Shown: positions 37,200 to 51,800, counted from the first letter of the stretch. The stretch: 64,000 nucleotides of DNA from Eledone cirrhosa (GCA_964016885.1 OZ024744.1:15934001-15998000); one strand, 5' to 3'. A program made the numbers and translations. Notes: generated from the sequence alone by a model not told the origin.

Positions 37200-40100
37200 A
37201 TGAAGGAAGTTGGAGAAGGAGATTATGAAGGAAGTTGAAGGAGGAGAATATGAAGTAAGTTGAAGAAGGAGAATCTGAAGGAAGTTGGAGGAGAGTATGA
37301 AGGAAGTTGGAGAAGGAGAATATGAAGGAAGTTGAAGGAGGAGAATATAAACGAATTTGGAGAAGGAGAGTATGAAGGAAGTTGAAGGAGAAGAATATGA
37401 AGGAAGTTGAAGGAGAATCTGAAGGAAGTTGGAGAAGGTGAGTATGAAGGAAGTTAGAGAAGGAGAATATGAAGGAAATTGAAGGAGGAGAATATGGACG
37501 AAGTTGGAGAAGGAGAGTATGAAGGAAGTTGAAGAAGGAGAATCTGAAGGAAGTTGGAGGAGAGTATGAAGGAAGTTGGAGAAGGAGAGTAGGAAGGAAG
37601 TTGAAGGAGGAGAATATGAACGAAGTTGGAGAAGGAGAATGTGAAGGAAGTTGAAGTAGGAGAATATGAAGGAAGTTGAAAAGGAGAATCAGAAGGAAGT
37701 TGGAGAAGGAGAGTATGAAGGAAGTTGAAACAGGAGAATCTGAAAGAAGTTGGAGAAGTAGAGTATGAAGGAAGTTGGAGAAGGAGAATATGAAGGATGT
37801 TGAAGGAGGAGAATATGAAGGAAGTTGGAGAAGGAGAGCATGATGGAAGTTGGAGAAGGAGAATATGAAGGAAGTTGGAGAAGGAGAGTATGAAGGAAGT
37901 TGGAGAAGGAGAATATGAAGAAAGTTGGAGAAGGAGAGTATGAAGGAAGTTGATGGAGAAGAATATGTAGGAAGTTGAAGAAGGAGAATCTGAAGGAAGT
38001 TGGAGAAGGAGAGTATGAAGGAAGTTGGAGAAGGAGAGTATGAAGGAAGTTGGAGAAGGAGAGTATGAAGGAAGTTGAAGGAGGAGAATATGAAGTAAGT
38101 TGAAGAAGGAGAATCTGAAGGAAGTTGGAGGAGAGTATGAAGGAAGTTGGAGAAGGAGAATATGAAGGAAGTTGAAGGAGGAGAATATAAACGAATTTGG
38201 CGAAGGAGAGTATGAAGGAAGTTGGAGAATGAGAATCTGAAGGAAGTTGGAGAAGGAGAGTATGAAGGAAGTTTGAGAAGGAGAATCTGAAGAATGTTGG
38301 AGAAGGAGAGTACGAAGGAAGTTGAAGGAGAAGAATATGAAGGAAGTTGAAGAAAGAGAATATGAAGGAAGATGGAGGAGGAGAGTATGAAGGAAGTTGG
38401 AGGAGGAGAGTATGAAGGAAGTTGGAGAAGGAGAGTATGAAGGAAGTTGGTGAAGGAGAATCTGAAGAAGTTGGAGAAGGAGAGTATGAAGGAAGTTGAA
38501 GGAGAAGAATATGAAGGAAGTTGAAGAAAGAGAATCTGAAGGAAGTTGGAGAAGGAGAATATGAAGGAAGTTGAAGGAGGAGAATATGAAGGAAGTTGGA
38601 GAAGGAGAATCAGAAGGAAGTTGGAGAAGCACAGAATGAAGGAAGTTGAAGAAGGAGAATCTGAAAGAAATTGCAGAAGGAGAGTATGAAGGAAGTTGAA
38701 GAAGGAGAATCTGAAGGAAGTTGGAGAAGGAGAGTATGAAGGAAGTTGAAGGAGAAGAATATGAAGGAAGTTGAAGAAGGAGAATCTGAAGGAAGTTGGA
38801 GCAGGAGAGTATGAAGGAAGTTGGAGAAGGAGAGTATGAAGGAAGTTGGAGAAGGAGAGTATGAAGGAAGTTGAAGGAGGAGAATATGAAGTAAGTTGAA
38901 GATGGAGAATCTGAAGGAAGTTGGAGGAGAATATGAAGGAAGTTGGAGAAGGAGAATATGAAGGAAGTTGAAGAAGGAGAATATAAACGAATTTGGAGAA
39001 GGAGAGTATGAAGGAAGTTGGAGAATGAGAATCTGAAGGAAGTTGGAGAAGGAGAGTATGAAGGAAGTTTGAGAAGGAGAATCTGAAGGAAGTTGGAGAA
39101 GGAGAGTACGAAGGAATTTGAAGGAGAAGAATATGAAGGAAGTTGAAGAAAGAGAATATGAAGGAAGATGGAGGAGGAGAGTATGAAGGAAGTTGGAGAA
39201 GGAGAGTATGAAGGAGGCTGGAGGACGAGCGTATGAAGGAATTTGGAGGAGGAGAGTATGAAGGAAGTTGGAGAAGGAGAGTATGAAGGAAGTTGGAGAA
39301 GGAGAATCTGAAGAAAGTTGGAGAAGGAGAGTACGAAGGAATTTGAAGGAGAAGAATATGAAGGAAGTTGAAGAAAGAGAATATGAAGGAAGATGGAGGA
39401 GGAGAGTATGAAGGAAGTTGGAGAAGGAGAGTATGAAGGAGGTTGGAGGACGAGCGTATGAAGGAAGTTGGAGGAGGAGAGTATGAAGGAAGTTGGAGAA
39501 GGAGAGTATGAAGGAAGTTGGAGAAGGAGAATCTGAAGAAGTTGGAGAAGGAGAGTATGAAGGAAGTTGAAGGAGAAGAATATGAAGGAAGTTGAAGAAA
39601 GAGAATCTGAAGAAAGTTGAGAAGGAGAATATGAAGGAAGTTGAAGGAGGAGAATATGAAGGAAGTTGGAGAAGGAGAATCAGAAGGAAGTTGGAGAAGC
39701 ACAGAATGAAGGAAGTTGAAGAAGGAGAATCTGAAAGAAGTTGGAGAAGGAGAGTATGAAGGAAGTTGAAGAAGGAGAATCTGAAGGAAGTTGAAGAAGG
39801 AGAATCTGAAGGAAGTTGGAGCAGGAGAGTATGAAGGAAGTTGGAGAAGGAGAGTATGAAGGAAGTTGGAGAAGGAGAGTATGAAGGAAGTTGAAGGAGG
39901 AGAATATGAAGTAAGTTGAAGATGGAGAATCTGAAGGAAGTTGGAGGAGAATATGAAGGAAGTTGGAGGAGGAGAATATGAAGGAAGTTGAAGAAGGAGA
40001 ATATAAACGAATTTGGAGAAGGAGAGTATGAAGGAAGTTGGAGAATGAGAATCTGAAGGAAGTTGGAGAAGGAGAGTATGAAGGAAGTTTGAGAAGGAGA

Positions 40101-43100
40101 ATCTGAAGGAAGTTGGAGAAGGAGAGTACGAAGGAAGTTGAAGAAGGAGAATCAGAAGGAAGTTGGAGAAGGAGAGTATGAAGGAAGTTGGAGAAGGAGA
40201 ATATGAAGGAAGTTGAAGGAGGAGAATATGAAGTAAGTTGAAGAAGGAGAATCTGAAGGAAGTTGGAGGAGAGTATGAAGGAAGTTGGAGAAGGAGAATA
40301 TGAAGGAAGTTGAAGGAGGAGAATATAAACGAATTTGGAGAAGGAGAGTATGAAGGAAGTTGAAGGAGAAGAATATGAAGGAAGTTGAAGGAGAATCTGA
40401 AGGAAGTTGGAGAAGGTGAGTATGAAGGAAGTTAGAGAAGGAGAATATGAAGGAAATTGAAGGAGGAGAATATGGACGAAGTTGGAGAAGGAGAGTATGA
40501 AGGAAGTTGAAGAAGGAGAATCTGAAGGAAGTTGGAGGAGAGTATGAAGGAAGTTGGAGAAGGAGAGTAGGAAGGAAGTTGAAGGAGGAGAATATGAACG
40601 AAGTTGGAGAAGGAGAATGTGAAGGAAGTTGATGTAGGAGAATATGAAGGAAGTTGAAAAGGAGAATCAGAAGGAAGTTGGAGAAGGAGAGTATGAAGGA
40701 AGTTGAAACAGGAGAATCTGAAAGAAGTTGGAGAAGTAGAGTATGAAGGAAGTTGGAGAAGGAGAATATGAAGGATGTTGAAGGAGGAGAATATGAAGGA
40801 AGTTGGAGAAGGAGAGTATGATGGAAGTTGGAGAAGGAGAATATGAAGGAAGTTGGAGAAGGAGAGTATGAAGGAAGTTGGAGAAGGAGAATATGAAGAA
40901 AGTTGGAGAAGGAGAGTATGAAGGAAGTTGATGGAGAAGAATATGTAGGAAGTTGAAGAAGGAGAATCTGAAGGAAGTTGGAGAAGGAGAGTATGAAGGA
41001 AGTTGGAGAAGGAGAGTATGAAGGAAGTTGGTGAAGGAGAGTATGAAGGAAGTTGAAGGAGGAGAATATGAAGTAAGTTGAAGAAGGAGAATCTGAAGGA
41101 AGTTGGAGGAGAGTATGAAGGAAGTTGGAGAAGGAGAATATGAAGGAAGTTGAAGGAGGAGAATATAAACGAATTTGGAGAAGGAGAGTATGAAGGAAGT
41201 TGGAGAATGAGAATCTGAAGGAAGTTGGAGAAGGAGAGTATGAAGGAAGTTTGAGAAGGAGAATCTGAAGAATGTTGGAGAAGGAGAGTACGAAGGAAGT
41301 TGAAGGAGAAGAATATGAAGGAAGTTGAAGAAAGAGAATATGAAGGAAGATGGAGGAGGAGAGTATGAAGGAAGTTGGAGGAGGAGAGTATGAAGGAAGT
41401 TGGAGAAGGAGAGTATGAAGGAAGTTGGTGAAGGAGAATCTGAAGAAGTTGGAGAAGGAGAGTATGAAGGAAGTTGAAGGAGAAGAATATGAAGGAAGTT
41501 GAAGAAAGAGAATCTGAAGGAAGTTGGAGAAGGAGAATATGAAGGAAGTTGAAGGAGGAGAATATGAAGGAAGTTGGAGAAGGAGAATCAGAAGGAAGTT
41601 GGAGAAGCACAGAATGAAGGAAGTTGAAGAAGGAGAATCTGAAAGAAGTTGGAGAAGGAGAGTATGAAGGAAGTTGAAGAAGGAGAATCTGAAGGAAGTT
41701 GGAGAAGGAGAGTATGAAGGAAGTTGAAGGAGAAGAATATGAAGGAAGTTGAAGAAGGAGAATCTGAAGGAAGTTGGAGCAGGAGAGTATGAAGGAAGTT
41801 GGAGAAGGAGAGTATGAAGGAAGTTGGAGAAGGAGAGTATGAAGGAAGTTGAAGGAGGAGAATATGAAGTAAGTTGAAGATGGAGAATCTGAAGGAAGTT
41901 GGAGGAGAATATGAAGGAAGTTGGAGAAGGAGAATATGAAGGAAGTTGAAGAAGGAGAATATAAACGAATTTGGAGAAGGAGAGTATGAAGGAAGTTGGA
42001 GAATGAGAATCTGAAGGAAGTTGGAGAAGGAGAGTATGAAGGAAGTTTGAGAAGGAGAATCTGAAGGAAGTTGGAGAAGGAGAGTACGAAGGAATTTGAA
42101 GGAGAAGAATATGAAGGAAGTTGAAGAAAGAGAATATGAAGGAAGATGGAGGAGGAGAGTATGAAGGAAGTTGGAGAAGGAGAGTATGAAGGAGGTTGGA
42201 GGACGAGCGTATGAAGGAATTTGGAGGAGGAGAGTATGAAGGAAGTTGGAGAAGGAGAGTATGAAGGAAGTTGGAGAAGGAGAATCTGAAGAAAGTTGGA
42301 GAAGGAGAGTACGAAGGAATTTGAAGGAGAAGAATATGAAGGAAGTTGAAGAAAGAGAATATGAAGGAAGATGGAGGAGGAGAGTATGAAGGAAGTTGGA
42401 GAAGGAGAGTATGAAGGAGGTTGGAGGACGAGCGTATGAAGGAAGTTGGAGGAGGAGAGTATGAAGGAAGTTGGAGAAGGAGAGTATGAAGGAAGTTGGA
42501 GAAGGAGAATCTGAAGAAGTTGGAGAAGGAGAGTATGAAGGAAGTTGAAGGAGAAGAATATGAAGGAAGTTGAAGAAAGAGAATCTGAAGAAAGTTGAGA
42601 AGGAGAATATGAAGGAAGTTGAAGGAGGAGAATGTGAAGGAAGTTGGAGAAGGAGAATCAGAAGGAAGTTGGAGAAGCACAGAATGAAGGAAGTTGAAGA
42701 AGGAGAATCTGAAAGAAGTTGGAGAAGGAGAGTATGAAGGAAGTTGAAGAAGGAGAATCTGAAGGAAGTTGGAGAAGGAGAGTATGAAGGAAGTTGAAGG
42801 AGAAGAATATGAAGGAAGTTGAAGAAGGAGAATCTGAAGGAAGTTGGAGCAGGAGAGTATGAAGGAAGTTGGAGAAGGAGAGTATGAAGGAAGTTGGAGA
42901 AGGAGAGTATGAAGGAAGTTGAAGGAGGAGAATATGAAGTAAGTTGAAGATGGAGAATCTGAAGGAAGTTGGAGGAGAATATGAAGGAAGTTGGAGAAGG
43001 AGAATATGAAGGAAGTTGAAGAAGGAGAATATAAACGAATTTGGAGAAGGAGAGTATGAAGGAAGTTGGAGAATGAGAATCTGAAGGAAGTTGGAGAAGG

Positions 43101-43240
43101 AGAGTATGAAGGAAGTTTGAGAAGGAGAATCTGAAGGAAGTTGGAGAAGGAGAGTACGAAGGAAGTTGAAGAAGGAGAATCAGAAGGAAGTTGGAGAAGG
43201 AGAGTATGAAGGAAGTTGGAGAAGGAGAATATGAAGGAAG
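37200..43240 (+). repeat. Tandem ~3-kb duplication (offset 2,978 bp) nested in the first 11.6-kb unit
   Basis: 392-aa ORFs 37454..38632 and 40432..41610. GAAGCACAGAATG markers at 38632/41610 and 39702/42680. Confidence 0.88.
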
Positions 43241-46200
43241 TTGAAAGAGGAGAATATGAAGGAAGTTGAAGGAGGAGAGTATGAAGGAAGTTGAAGGAGA
43301 AGAATATGAAGGAAGTTGAAGAAGGAGAATCAGAAGGAAGTTGGAGAAGGAGAGTATGAAGGAAGTTGGAGAAGGAGAATATGAAGGAAGTTGAAGGAGG
43401 AGAATATGAAGGAAGTTGGAGAAGGAGAGTATGAAGGAAGTTGGAGAAGGAGAATATGAAGGAAGTTGGAGAAGGAGAGTATGAAGGAAGTTGGAGAAGG
43501 AGAATATGAAGAAAGTTGAAGGAGGAGAGTATGAAGGAAGTTGGAGAAGGAGAGTATGAAGGAAGTTGAAGAAGGAGAATCTGAAGGAAGTTGGGGAAGG
43601 AGAGTATGAAGGAAGTTGAAGGAGAAGAATATGAAGGAAGTTGAAGAAAGAGAATATGAAGGAAGATGGAGGAGGAGAGTATGAAGGAAGTTGGAGAAGG
43701 AGAGTATGAAGGAGGTTGGAGGAGGAGCGTATGAAGGAAGTTGGAGGAGGAGAGTATGAAGGATGTTGGAGAAGGAGAGTATGAAGGAAGTTGGAGAAGG
43801 AGAATCTGAAGGAAGTTGGAGAAGGAGAGTATGAAGGAAGTTGAAGGAGAATATGAAGGAAGTTGGAGAAGGAGAATATGAAGGAAGTTGAAGGAGGAGA
43901 ATATAAACGAATTTGGAGAAGTAGAGTATGAAGGAAGTTGAAGGAGAAGAATATGAAGGAAGTTGAAGGAGAATCTGAAGGAAGTTGGAGAAGGTGTGTA
44001 TGAAGGAAGTTAGAGAAGGAGAATATGAAGGAAATTGAAGGAGGAGAATATGGACGAAGTTGGAGAAGGACAGTATGAAGGAAGTTGAAGAAGGAGAATC
44101 TGAAGGAAGTTGGAGGAGAGTATGAAGGAAGTTGGAGAAGGAGAGTATGAAGGAAGTTGAAGGAGGAGAATATGAACGAAGTTGGAGAAGGAGAATATGA
44201 AGGAAGTTGAAGTAGGAGAATATGAAGGAAGTTGAAGAAGGAGAATCAGAAGGAAGTGGGAGAAGGAGAGTATGAAGGAAGTTGAAACAGGAGAATCTGA
44301 AAGAAGTTGGAGAAGTAGAGTATGAAAGAAGTTGGAGAAGGAGAGTATGAAGGAAGTTGAAACAGGAGAATATGAAGGAAGTTGGAGAAGGAGAGTATGA
44401 AGGAAGTTGGAGAAGGAGAATATGAAGGAAGTTGGAGAAGGAGAGTATGAAGGAAGTTGGAGAAGGAGAATATGAAGAAAGTTGGAGAAGGAGAGTATGA
44501 AGGAAGTTGAAGGAGAAGAATATGTAGGAAGTTGATGAAGGAGAATCTGAAGGAAGTTGGAGAAGGAGAGTATGAAGGAAGTTGGAGAAGGAGAGTATGA
44601 AGGAAGTTGGAGAAGGAGAGTATGAAGGAAGTTGAAGGAGGAGAAGATGAAGTAAGTTGAAGAAGGAGAATCTGAAGGAAGTTGGAGGAGAGTATGAAGG
44701 AAGTTGGAGAAGGAGAATATGAAGGAAGTTGAAGGAGGAGAATATAAACGAATTTGGAGAAGGAGAGTATGAAGGAAGTTGGAGAACGAGAATCTGAAGG
44801 AAGTTGGAGAAGGAGAGTATGAAGGAAGTTTGAGAAGGAGAATCTGAAGGATGTTGGAGAAGGAGAGTACGAAGGAAGTTGAAGGAGAAGAATATGAAGG
44901 AAGTTGAAGAAGGAGAATATGAAGGAAGTTGAAGGAGGAGAATATTAAGGAAGTTGAAGAAGGAGAATCAGAAGGAAGTTGGAGAAGGAGAGTATGAAGG
45001 AAGTTGAAGAAGGAGAATCTGAAGGAAGTTGGAGGAGAGTATGAAGGAAGTTGGAGAAGGAGAGTATGAAGGAAGTTGAAGGAGGAGAATATGAACGAAG
45101 TTGGAGAAGGAGAATATGAAGGAAGTTGAAGTAGGAGAATATGAAGGAAGTTGAAGAAGGAGAATCAGAAGGAAGTTGGAGAAGGAGAGTATGAAGGAAG
45201 TTGAAACAGGAGAATCTGAAAGAAGTTAGAGAAGTAGAGTATGAAGGAAGTTGGAGAAGGAGAATATGAAGGATGTTGAAGGAGGAGAATATGAAGGAAG
45301 TTGGAGAAGGAGAGTATGAAGGAAGTTGGAGAAGGAGAATATGAAGAAAGTTGGAGAAGGAGAGTATGAAGGAAGTTGAAGGAGAAGAATATGTAGGAAG
45401 TTGAAGAAGGAGAATCTGAAGGAAGTTGGAGAAGGAGAGTATGAAGGTATTTGGAGAAGCAGAGTATGAAGGAAGTTGGAGAAGGAGAGTATGAAGGAAG
45501 TTGAAGGAGGAGAATATGAAGTAAGTTGAAGAAGGAGAATCTGAAGGAAGTTGGAGGAGAGTATGAAGGAAGTTGGAGAAGGAGAATATGAAGGAAGTTG
45601 AAGGAGGAGAATATAAACGAATTTGGAGAAGGAGAGTATGAAGGAAGTTGGAGAATGAGAATCTGAAGGAAGTTGGAGAAGGAGAGTATGAAGGAAGTTT
45701 GAGAAGGAGAATCTGAAGGATGTTGGAGAAGGAGAGTACGAAGGATTTGAAGGAGAAGAATATGAAGGAAGTTGAAGAAGGAGAATCTGAAGGAAGTTGG
45801 AGAAGGAGAGTATGAAGGAAGTTGGAGAAGGAGAATATGAAGGAAATTGAAAGAGGAGAATATGAACGAAGTTGGAGAAGGAGAATATGAAGGAAGTTGA
45901 AGAAGGAGAATCTGAAGGAAGTTGGAGGAGAGTATGAAGGAAGTTGGAGAAGGAGAGTATGAAGGAAGTTGAAGGAGGAGAATATGAACGAAGTTGGAGA
46001 AGGAGAATATGAAGGAAGTTGAAGAAGGGGAATCAGAAGGAAGTTGGAGAAGGAGAGTATGAAGGAAGTTGGAGAAGGAGAATATGAAGGAAGTTGAAGG
46101 AGGAGAATATGAAGGAATTTGGAGAAGGAGAGTATGAAGGAAGTTGGAGAAGGAGAATATGAAGGAAGTTGGAGAAGTAGAGTATGAAGGAAGTTGGAGA

Positions 46201-48820
46201 AGGAGAATATGAAGAAAGTTGAAGGAGGAGAGTATGAAGGAAGTTGGAGAAGGAGAGTATGAAGGAAGTTGAAAAAGGAGAATCTGAAGGAAGTTGGGGA
46301 AGGAGAGTATGAAGGAAGTTGAAGGAGAAGAATATGAAGGAAGTTGAAGAAAGAGAATACGAAGGAAATGGAGGAGGAGAATATGAAGGAAGTTGAAGGA
46401 GGAGAATATGAAGGAAGTTGGAGAAGGAGAATCAGAAGGAAGTTGGAGAAGCACAGAATGAAGGAAGTTGAAGAAGGAGAATCTGAAAGAAGTTGGAGAA
46501 GGAGAGTATGAAGGAAGTTGAAGAAGGAGAATCTGAAGGAAGTTGGAGAAGGAGAGTATGAAGGAAGTTGGAGAAGGAGAGTATGAAGGAAGTTGGAGAA
46601 GGAGAGTATGAAGGAAGTTGAAGGAGGAGAATATGAAGTAAGTTGAAGATGGAGAATCTGAAGGAAGTTGGAGGAGAATATGAAGGATGTTGGAGAAGGA
46701 GAATATGAAGGAAGTTGAAGAAGGAGAATATAAACGAATTTGGAGAAGGAGAGTATGAAGGAAGTTGGAGAATGAGAATCTGAAGGAAGTTGGAGAAGGA
46801 GAGTATGAAGGAAGTTTGAGAAGGAGAATCTGAAGTAAGTTGGAGAAGGAGAGTACGAAGGAAGTTGAAGGAGAAGAATATGAAGGAAGTTGAAGAAGGA
46901 GAATCTGAAGGAAGTTGGAGAAGGAGAATATAAAGGAAATTGAAGGAGGAGAATGTGGACGAAGTTGGAGAAGGAGAATATGAAGGAAGTTGAAGGAGGA
47001 GAATATTAAGGAAGTTGAAGAAGGAGAATCAGAAGGAAGTTGGAGAAGGAGAATATGAAGGAAGTTGAAGGAGGAGAATATAAACGAATTTGGAGAAGGA
47101 GAGTATGAAGGAAGTTGGAGAATGAGAATCTGAAGGAAGTTGGAGAAGGAGAGTATAAAGGAAGTTTGAGAAGGAGAATCTGAAGGATGTTGTAGAAGGA
47201 GAGTACGAAGGAAGTTGAAGGAGAAGAATATGAAGGAAGTTGAAGTAGGAGAATCTGAAGGAAGTCGGAGAAGGAGAGTATGAAGGAAGTTGGAGAAGGA
47301 GAATATGAAGGAAATTGAAGGAGGAGAATATGAACGAAGTTGGAGAAGGAGAATATGAAGGAAGTTGAAGAAGGAGAATCTGAAGGAAGTTGGAGGAGAG
47401 TATGAAGGAAGTTAGAGAAGGATAGTATGAAGGAAGTTGAAGGAGGAGAATATGAACGAAGTTGGAGAAGGAGAATATGAAGGAAGTTGAAGAAGGAGAA
47501 TCAGAAGGAAGTTGGTGAAGGAGAGTATGAAGGAAGTTGGAGAAGGAGAATATGAAGGAAGTTGGAGAAGGAGAGTATGAAGGAAGTTGGAGAAGGAGAA
47601 TATGAAGAAAGTTGGAGAAGGAGAGTATGAAGGAAGTTGGAGAAGGAGAATATGAAGAAAGTTGAAGGAGGAGAGTATGAAGGAAGTTGGAGAAGGAGAG
47701 TATGAAGGAAGTTGAAGAAGGAGAATCTGAAGGAAGTTGGGGAAGGAGAGTATGAAGGAAGTTGAAGGAGAAGAATATGAAGGAAGATGGAGCGGGAGAG
47801 TATGAAGGAAGTTGGAGAAGGAGAGTATGAAGGAGGTTGGAGGAGGAGCGTATGAAGGAAGTTGGAGGAGGAGAGTATGAAGGAAGTTGGAGAAGGAGAG
47901 TATGAAGGAAGTTGGAGAAGGAGAATCTGAAGGAAGTTGGAGAAGGAGAGTATGAAGGAAGTTGAAGGAGAAGAATATGTAGGAAGTTGAAGAAAGAGAA
48001 TCTGAAGGAAGTTGGAGAAGGAGAGTATGAAGGAAGTTGAAGAAGGAGAGTATGAAGGAAGTTGGAGAAGGAGAGTATGAAGGAAGTTCAAGGAGGAGAA
48101 TATGAAGTAAGTTGAAGAAGGAGGATCTGAAGGAAGTTGGAGGAGAATATGAAGGAAGTTGGAGAAGGAGAATATGAAGGAAGTTGAAGGAGGAGAATAT
48201 AAACGAATTTGGAGAAGGAGAGTATGAAGGAAGTTGGAGAATGAGAATCTGAAGGAAGTTGGAGAAGGAGAGTATGAAGGAAGTTTGAGAAGGAGAATCT
48301 GAAGGAAGTTGGAGAAGGAGAATCAGAAGGAAGTTGGAGAAGCACAGAATGAAGGAAGTTGAAGAAGGAGAATCTGAAAGAAGTTGGAGAAGGAGAGTAT
48401 GAAGGAAGTTGAAGAAGGAGAATCTGAAGGAAGTTGGAGAAGTAGAGTATGAAGGACGTTGAAGGAGAAGAATATGAAGGAAGTTGAAGAAAGAGAATAT
48501 GAAGGAAGATGGAGGAGGAGCGTATGAAGGAAGTTGGAGGAGGAGAGTATGAAGGATGTTGGAGAAGGAGAGTATGAAGGAAGTTGGAGAAGGAGAATCT
48601 GAAGGAAGTTGGAGAAGGAGAGTATGAAGGAAGTTGAAGGAGAATATGAAGGAAGTTGGAGAAGGAGAATATGAAGGAAGTTGAAGGAGGAGAATATAAA
48701 CGAATTTGGAGAAGGAGAGTATGAAGGAAGTTGAAGGAGAAGAATATGAAGGAAGTTGAAGAAGGAGAATCTGAAGGAAGTTGGAGAAGGAGAGTCTGAA
48801 GGAAGTTGGAGAAGGAGAAT

Positions 48821-51800
48821 ATGAAGGAAGTTGGAGAAGGAGATTATGAAGGAAGTTGAAGGAGGAGAATATGAAGTAAGTTGAAGAAGGAGAATCTGAA
48901 GGAAGTTGGAGGAGAGTATGAAGGAAGTTGGAGAAGGAGAATATGAAGGAAGTTGAAGGAGGAGAATATAAACGAATTTGGAGAAGGAGAGTATGAAGGA
49001 AGTTGAAGGAGAAGAATATGAAGGAAGTTGAAGGAGAATCTGAAGGAAGTTGGAGAAGGTGAGTATGAAGGAAGTTAGAGAAGGAGAATATGAAGGAAAT
49101 TGAAGGAGGAGAATATGGACGAAGTTGGAGAAGGAGAGTATGAAGGAAGTTGAAGAAGGAGAATCTGAAGGAAGTTGGAGGAGAGTATGAAGGAAGTTGG
49201 AGAAGGAGAGTAGGAAGGAAGTTGAAGGAGGAGAATATGAACGAAGTTGGAGAAGGAGAATGTGAAGGAAGTTGAAGTAGGAGAATATGAAGGAAGTTGA
49301 AAAGGAGAATCAGAAGGAAGTTGGAGAAGGAGAGTATGAAGGAAGTTGAAACAGGAGAATCTGAAAGAAGTTGGAGAAGTAGAGTATGAAGGAAGTTGGA
49401 GAAGGAGAATATGAAGGATGTTGAAGGAGGAGAATATGAAGGAAGTTGGAGAAGGAGAGCATGATGGAAGTTGGAGAAGGAGAATATGAAGGAAGTTGGA
49501 GAAGGAGAGTATGAAGGAAGTTGGAGAAGGAGAATATGAAGAAAGTTGGAGAAGGAGAGTATGAAGGAAGTTGATGGAGAAGAATATGTAGGAAGTTGAA
49601 GAAGGAGAATCTGAAGGAAGTTGGAGAAGGAGAGTATGAAGGAAGTTGGAGAAGGAGAGTATGAAGGAAGTTGGAGAAGGAGAGTATGAAGGAAGTTGAA
49701 GGAGGAGAATATGAAGTAAGTTGAAGAAGGAGAATCTGAAGGAAGTTGGAGGAGAGTATGAAGGAAGTTGGAGAAGGAGAATATGAAGGAAGTTGAAGGA
49801 GGAGAATATAAACGAATTTGGCGAAGGAGAGTATGAAGGAAGTTGGAGAATGAGAATCTGAAGGAAGTTGGAGAAGGAGAGTATGAAGGAAGTTTGAGAA
49901 GGAGAATCTGAAGAATGTTGGAGAAGGAGAGTACGAAGGAAGTTGAAGGAGAAGAATATGAAGGAAGTTGAAGAAAGAGAATATGAAGGAAGATGGAGGA
50001 GGAGAGTATGAAGGAAGTTGGAGGAGGAGAGTATGAAGGAAGTTGGAGAAGGAGAGTATGAAGGAAGTTGGTGAAGGAGAATCTGAAGAAGTTGGAGAAG
50101 GAGAGTATGAAGGAAGTTGAAGGAGAAGAATATGAAGGAAGTTGAAGAAAGAGAATCTGAAGGAAGTTGGAGAAGGAGAATATGAAGGAAGTTGAAGGAG
50201 GAGAATATGAAGGAAGTTGGAGAAGGAGAATCAGAAGGAAGTTGGAGAAGCACAGAATGAAGGAAGTTGAAGAAGGAGAATCTGAAAGAAATTGCAGAAG
50301 GAGAGTATGAAGGAAGTTGAAGAAGGAGAATCTGAAGGAAGTTGGAGAAGGAGAGTATGAAGGAAGTTGAAGGAGAAGAATATGAAGGAAGTTGAAGAAG
50401 GAGAATCTGAAGGAAGTTGGAGCAGGAGAGTATGAAGGAAGTTGGAGAAGGAGAGTATGAAGGAAGTTGGAGAAGGAGAGTATGAAGGAAGTTGAAGGAG
50501 GAGAATATGAAGTAAGTTGAAGATGGAGAATCTGAAGGAAGTTGGAGGAGAATATGAAGGAAGTTGGAGAAGGAGAATATGAAGGAAGTTGAAGAAGGAG
50601 AATATAAACGAATTTGGAGAAGGAGAGTATGAAGGAAGTTGGAGAATGAGAATCTGAAGGAAGTTGGAGAAGGAGAGTATGAAGGAAGTTTGAGAAGGAG
50701 AATCTGAAGGAAGTTGGAGAAGGAGAGTACGAAGGAATTTGAAGGAGAAGAATATGAAGGAAGTTGAAGAAAGAGAATATGAAGGAAGATGGAGGAGGAG
50801 AGTATGAAGGAAGTTGGAGAAGGAGAGTATGAAGGAGGCTGGAGGACGAGCGTATGAAGGAATTTGGAGGAGGAGAGTATGAAGGAAGTTGGAGAAGGAG
50901 AGTATGAAGGAAGTTGGAGAAGGAGAATCTGAAGAAAGTTGGAGAAGGAGAGTACGAAGGAATTTGAAGGAGAAGAATATGAAGGAAGTTGAAGAAAGAG
51001 AATATGAAGGAAGATGGAGGAGGAGAGTATGAAGGAAGTTGGAGAAGGAGAGTATGAAGGAGGTTGGAGGACGAGCGTATGAAGGAAGTTGGAGGAGGAG
51101 AGTATGAAGGAAGTTGGAGAAGGAGAGTATGAAGGAAGTTGGAGAAGGAGAATCTGAAGAAGTTGGAGAAGGAGAGTATGAAGGAAGTTGAAGGAGAAGA
51201 ATATGAAGGAAGTTGAAGAAAGAGAATCTGAAGAAAGTTGAGAAGGAGAATATGAAGGAAGTTGAAGGAGGAGAATATGAAGGAAGTTGGAGAAGGAGAA
51301 TCAGAAGGAAGTTGGAGAAGCACAGAATGAAGGAAGTTGAAGAAGGAGAATCTGAAAGAAGTTGGAGAAGGAGAGTATGAAGGAAGTTGAAGAAGGAGAA
51401 TCTGAAGGAAGTTGAAGAAGGAGAATCTGAAGGAAGTTGGAGCAGGAGAGTATGAAGGAAGTTGGAGAAGGAGAGTATGAAGGAAGTTGGAGAAGGAGAG
51501 TATGAAGGAAGTTGAAGGAGGAGAATATGAAGTAAGTTGAAGATGGAGAATCTGAAGGAAGTTGGAGGAGAATATGAAGGAAGTTGGAGGAGGAGAATAT
51601 GAAGGAAGTTGAAGAAGGAGAATATAAACGAATTTGGAGAAGGAGAGTATGAAGGAAGTTGGAGAATGAGAATCTGAAGGAAGTTGGAGAAGGAGAGTAT
51701 GAAGGAAGTTTGAGAAGGAGAATCTGAAGGAAGTTGGAGAAGGAGAGTACGAAGGAAGTTGAAGAAGGAGAATCAGAAGGAAGTTGGAGAAGGAGAGTAT

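Noticed and set aside
35791-39702. 1303-aa minus-strand ORF (also 47412..51323, 21700..25389 and others) as a giant repetitive membrane or structural protein
   Set aside because: Openness follows from a stop-free pyrimidine consensus. The same peptide appears in overlapping frames, starts and stops are chance variants, frameshifting 24- and 26-bp monomers are freely amplified, and there is no unique domain or terminus.
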